From an uncultured virus (IMG/VR IMGVR_UViG_3300043427_002950) (Duplodnaviria; Heunggongvirae; Uroviricota; Caudoviricetes), in the IMG/VR virus record IMGVR_UViG_3300043427_002950, positions 62,001-126,000 of that record: 64,000 nt of DNA. The stretch is one strand, 5' to 3'. The notes under the pieces were generated by a model. It worked only from the letters and a program-made list of their open reading frames with translations, was not told where the DNA came from and searched no databases. Numbering within the stretch: position 1 is the stretch's first letter; the number at the start of each line of letters is the position of its first letter. Both the position numbers and the translations under genes were made by a program. Below, piece after piece: positions 60,054-64,000 of the stretch.

Positions 60054-62179
60054 TCGTGGAGCACAAGCAATGTGACACCGCACAATTTAACGTTCAAACC
60101 CGTGTCCTGACTCTTCCCATGTGGGGAAAAGCAACTGATGAAGTGTTCGACCTTCTGGTTGCACACGAAGTTGGTCATGCTCTCTACACTCCTAACATCG
60201 ACTGGACGGAAACCCATAAGATTCCTCCTCAGTTTGTGAATGTGACTGAAGATGCTCGCATTGAGAAACTGATGAAACGTCGTTATGGTGGTCTTCCAAA
60301 GACCTTCTTCAAAGGATACCAGCAAATGCAGGATGATGATTTCTTCTGCCTTGAGAATGAAGATATTTCCAAGATGAATCTTGCAGATCGTGCCAACCTG
60401 CACTTCAAGATCGGCAACTTTGTTGATATTTCCTTCACTCCCGAAGAAGATGTCATCATTGATATGATTGATAAAGCAGAATCTTTTGATGATGCTCTGA
60501 ATGCTGCACAGGCACTCTATGATTATTGCAAACAGAAAAACCCTACTCCTCTGGATATATCCATTCAGGCGGACTACACTGAACAAGGTAGTGGTGGTGG
60601 TTCTCTGGAAGAACAACCTCCCAGTGATGCTGGTCAACAGCAACCAAAGGATGAAGGTAAATCTGAAGAATCGCAAGAATCTGAAGAATCCCAGGCACAT
60701 CCTTCTGCAGATTCCGATCAACCTTCCACTTCTGGTGAGAATGTGAAAGGTGCTGGAAACGATCCAAAGCAACCAGTTGATGAAGAGCCCAAGGTTCGCA
60801 CTGATGATATGCTTAAGAATAATCTTCGTGATCTTATCAATAAGAGCGCAAAGGATGCAGTGTATCTTGAGTTTCCGAATGTCAATCTGAAGAATCATGT
60901 AGTGGATACCAAGGATGTTCACAAGTTGATTGAATCTCACTTCAAAGCACAAGAACCTTCTACAAGTTATCTTTATCCTACTCCATTCAATGCTCCAGAT
61001 TCTGAGTATCAAAAATACAAGACAGAATCTGTGAAGGAAGTCAACTATCTGGTGAAAGAGTTTGAATGCCGCAAGGCAGCAGATTCTTATGCCCGTGCCA
61101 CAACTGCTCGCACTGGTATTCTTGACTGCACCAAACTGCATACCTACAAGTACAATGAGGATCTGTTCAAGAAAGTAACAACCATTCCTGATGGTAAGAA
61201 CCATGGTTTGGTGTTCATTTTGGATTGGTCTGGTTCGATGAGTAAAGTGATGCTTCAAACTCTGAAGCAACTTTACAATCTCATCTCTTTCTGCAAGAAG
61301 TGTGGTATTCCTTTTGATGTTTATGCTTTCACCAACAACTGGTCTGAAACTGCTTCTTCCATGGAACCAGAAAACAAAAATTACCAGATGAGGTTGGATC
61401 CCACCTTCAGTTTGATGAATTTCTTCTCCAGTAAGACATCATCGCGTGAACTTGAGAAGCAAATGCTTAACATCTGGAGGGTTGCATACAATTTCGATCA
61501 CTGGACTTGTTATGGTATTCCTTCTTCTATGCATCTGTCTGGAACTCCTTTGAATGAAACTATGATGTGTCTGAAAGAAATTCTTCCCCAGTTCCAGAAG
61601 AAGAACAATGTTCAAAAGGTTCATTGTATTCTTCTGACTGATGGTGAAGGTAATCCCCTTCAGTATTCCGTTCACATTAAAAAAGATTGGATTGATCCAG
61701 ATACCAATAGCAAGTTTGGTTATTGGGGCGTGAGGAGTATTTTCTATAGTGACAATCAGCACTATGTTCGTAATCGTGCCACTGGAAAAGTTTACAAGAT
61801 CAGGAACAATGCCTATCTTGCTCAAGATACTCTTCTGGAAGCTCTCCAGGATGAGTTTGTGAATGTCAATTTCATTGGTATTCGTATTCTTGAGAACGGA
61901 TTTGATGCTGGAAAGTTCATGGATTACTATGTGAATTTTGGTGAAAAGACCAAACTCATGACTGATTGGAAGAAAGAGAAGTCATTCTCCATTTCCGATT
62001 CTCCTTACAGTAAATACTTTGGTATTGCAATGGCAGGTATGGATAATCAAACTGATTATCTTTCGCAACTTGAGGAGAATGCAACCAAGATTCAGATTCG
62101 TAATGCAATGAAGAAGACCTTGACATCCAAGAAGATGAACAAGAAGATCCTCAACGAATTTGTCCAACTGATTGCCTGA
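59993..62179 (+). CDS. HExxH metallopeptidase-like + vWA domain protein (CobT-like partner of the MoxR ATPase)
   Basis: AHEVGH, NVTEDARIE, acidic linker, LDWSGSM (MIDAS), SGTPL, LTDGE. Confidence 0.85.
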   Translation: MSVNYEVKGGIARVLATENLIVEHKQCDTAQFNVQTRVLTLPMWGKATDEVFDLLVAHEVGHALYTPNIDWTETHKIPPQFVNVTEDARIEKLMKRRYGGLPKTFFKGYQQMQDDDFFCLENEDISKMNLADRANLHFKIGNFVDISFTPEEDVIIDMIDKAESFDDALNAAQALYDYCKQKNPTPLDISIQADYTEQGSGGGSLEEQPPSDAGQQQPKDEGKSEESQESEESQAHPSADSDQPSTSGENVKGAGNDPKQPVDEEPKVRTDDMLKNNLRDLINKSAKDAVYLEFPNVNLKNHVVDTKDVHKLIESHFKAQEPSTSYLYPTPFNAPDSEYQKYKTESVKEVNYLVKEFECRKAADSYARATTARTGILDCTKLHTYKYNEDLFKKVTTIPDGKNHGLVFILDWSGSMSKVMLQTLKQLYNLISFCKKCGIPFDVYAFTNNWSETASSMEPENKNYQMRLDPTFSLMNFFSSKTSSRELEKQMLNIWRVAYNFDHWTCYGIPSSMHLSGTPLNETMMCLKEILPQFQKKNNVQKVHCILLTDGEGNPLQYSVHIKKDWIDPDTNSKFGYWGVRSIFYSDNQHYVRNRATGKVYKIRNNAYLAQDTLLEALQDEFVNVNFIGIRILENGFDAGKFMDYYVNFGEKTKLMTDWKKEKSFSISDSPYSKYFGIAMAGMDNQTDYLSQLEENATKIQIRNAMKKTLTSKKMNKKILNEFVQLIA

Positions 62180-62262
62180 TGGACAGTTGGGCAAGTGTCC
62201 ACTGCGGACCTTGCCCACCCCACCTTTGCCCTATACTTACTTCAGTTCAAACAACCACCCAC

Positions 62263-63381
62263 ATGATTGCCATGACTCAAGACCAAATCATCGAAGATCT
62301 CAAGACCACCTACGGCACTGAGATCACTGCTGCTGATGTCCGTGCCTACTGTGCTATGAACGATGTCTCCTATCCCACCATCACCCGTCGTCTTGAAGAG
62401 TACAAGACCACCCGCGGTCGTTGGAACCTGGAGATGACTATGCAACGTGTTCAAGAGATCGAACATGCCTATCAATCTCCTTCTGTGATTCCTGCTGAAG
62501 ACAGGCAGTGCATGATTCCTGACAAGGATGATTCCTTTGTTCCTTTCGGTAACTTTGCCGATCTCAAGAAGATTGTCAAGTCGGAGATCTTCTATCCTGT
62601 GTTCATCACTGGTCTCTCTGGTAACGGCAAGACCTTCAGTGTCGAGCAAGCATGTGCTCAACTGAAACGTGAACTGATTCGTGTCAACATTACTATTGAA
62701 ACTGATGAAGATGATCTTATCGGGGGTTTCCGCCTTCTCAATGGGGATACTGCTTGGCACAACGGTCCCGTCATTGAAGCACTGGAGCGAGGAGCAATCC
62801 TGCTTCTTGATGAAATTGACCTTGCCAGCAACAAAATCCTGTGCCTACAGTCCATTCTTGAAGGTAAAGGTGTCTTCCTGAAGAAGATTGGTCGTTATGT
62901 GAAACCTGCTCCTGGTTTCAACGTGATTGCCACTGCTAACACCAAAGGTAAGGGTTCTGATGATGGTCGTTTCATCGGCACCAACGTGCTCAACGAGGCA
63001 TTCCTGGAACGGTTCCCTGTGACCATGGAGCAGTCCTATCCTGCCCCCTCTGTGGAGCAGAAGATCCTTGAAGGCACTGCCCTGGACCTTGGGGTGGAAG
63101 ACCGTGACTTCTGCAAACGACTCGTTGACTGGGCAGATAACATCCGTAAAACCTTCTTCGATGGTGGTGTGGATGAGATTATCAGCACCCGTCGTCTGGT
63201 TCACATCATCCGTGCCTATAGCATCTTTGGTAACAAGGAAAAAGCACTGAAGGCGTGCATCAACCGATTCGATGATGAGACCAAGCAGATCTTCCTGCAG
63301 ACCTATGACAAGTTCGATGCCGATTTCAACGTGAATGCTGAGGAATCGACTCCCGAACTGACTGTCGAATATACTTCCTGA
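62263..63381 (+). CDS. cobS: MoxR-family AAA+ ATPase (cyanophage CobS-like); start revised to 62263
   Basis: GLSGNGKT, LLLDEID, ATANTKG, LNEAFLERF, ISTRRL. Confidence 0.9.
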   Translation: MIAMTQDQIIEDLKTTYGTEITAADVRAYCAMNDVSYPTITRRLEEYKTTRGRWNLEMTMQRVQEIEHAYQSPSVIPAEDRQCMIPDKDDSFVPFGNFADLKKIVKSEIFYPVFITGLSGNGKTFSVEQACAQLKRELIRVNITIETDEDDLIGGFRLLNGDTAWHNGPVIEALERGAILLLDEIDLASNKILCLQSILEGKGVFLKKIGRYVKPAPGFNVIATANTKGKGSDDGRFIGTNVLNEAFLERFPVTMEQSYPAPSVEQKILEGTALDLGVEDRDFCKRLVDWADNIRKTFFDGGVDEIISTRRLVHIIRAYSIFGNKEKALKACINRFDDETKQIFLQTYDKFDADFNVNAEESTPELTVEYTS

Positions 63382-63403
63382 TACAACTCGGGAACTGTCC
63401 ACC

Positions 63404-63427
63404 AGGCACTCTGCGGAGTGCCTTTTT
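63404..63427 (+). terminator. Hairpin plus T tract overlapping the next promoter
   Basis: AGGCACTC-TGCG-GAGTGCCT followed by TTTT; TACAAT at 63433. Confidence 0.75.
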
Positions 63428-63459
63428 GATGCTACAATGATCTCATCCGCAAAGGAGCA

Positions 63460-63900
63460 ATGACCAAAACCTACACTCTCACGATCACTGAAAAGCAGGC
63501 ATGGGCACTTCAAGAGGCAACTGACTTGCTTCAACGGGTTCAACTGGGACAGTGGAGGGAGATTGAAGACAATCTACCTCTTAAGAAACCTGTTGACTAT
63601 GAAGAACTTCGTAATGATCTTCAAATCATCGGAGCACTGCTATCCAAGCACATGATCAACAACATTGATGGATATGCCTCTTCACTTGGCATTGGCAATC
63701 AGAATCTTCCAGAGAGCAATGGGATTCTTTATGATCTTCATTGTGTGATTCGGCACAAACTCTCATGGGAACGTGCTGTAGAGCAGAATATCATTGAAAG
63801 TGAAGGTTCTGAAAGGAAATGGCCTGAAATGATTGGTGTGAATTATGATCCCCCGATGAAATGGGGCAATGAACCACTTGCTAAAATGGAGAGAGTATGA
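63460..63900 (+). CDS. Hypothetical early protein
   Basis: AAGGAG SD; 146 aa; followed by an ATGA-coupled ORF running off the window. Confidence 0.7.
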   Translation: MTKTYTLTITEKQAWALQEATDLLQRVQLGQWREIEDNLPLKKPVDYEELRNDLQIIGALLSKHMINNIDGYASSLGIGNQNLPESNGILYDLHCVIRHKLSWERAVEQNIIESEGSERKWPEMIGVNYDPPMKWGNEPLAKMERV

Positions 63901-64000
63901 CACCAGTAAAGTTTGTATCAGTCATCCGTGTGATTGACCCCAAGACCCGCATTCATTACCTGGATGCTGTTGATGTAGATGGCATTCACTGGATGGCACA

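Noticed and set aside
62263..63381. Cobalamin biosynthesis role implied by the cobS label
   Set aside because: Only generic MoxR AAA+ motifs are visible and no other cob genes are present.
59804..63543. 488-aa, 172-aa and 232-aa antisense ORFs over the vWA/cobS genes
   Set aside because: Shadows of motif-bearing plus-strand genes whose codon usage avoids TTA/CTA/TCA.

Overview
64 kb of a T4-like (Kyanoviridae-type) cyanomyophage genome, with essentially all genes on the + strand. The assignment rests on T4-type late promoters (TATAAATA/ATAAATA), plant-type ferredoxin, peptide deformylase, a CobS-like AAA+/vWA pair and typical small cyanophage ORFs. Bases 1-26.5 kb are late virion/tail-fibre genes. 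They include two paralogous three-gene modules (large scaffold, ~120-aa adaptor, Pro-free Gly-X-Gln collagen-like fibre); one fibre has ~370 consecutive triplets, and the scaffolds are built from nested domain insertions. Bases 26.6-33.3 kb are a sugar-nucleotide/glycosyltransferase cluster, with further glycan enzymes at 36.4, 46.8 and 58.8 kb. Bases 33.3-64 kb are an accessory early/middle region: SF2 helicase, petF, an RNA-repair neighbourhood (Rnl1 ligase, HNH, polynucleotide kinase, metallophosphoesterase, and an Rnl5-like ligase lacking its catalytic Lys), def, putative capsid-packaged internal proteins and the vWA/MoxR pair. A recurrent inverted-repeat motif lies ~30 bp upstream of sigma70 -10 boxes. 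No tRNA, CRISPR array, reverse transcriptase or transposase was seen. All assignments come from reading motifs by eye; no searches were run, and many sub-60-aa ORFs are not listed.
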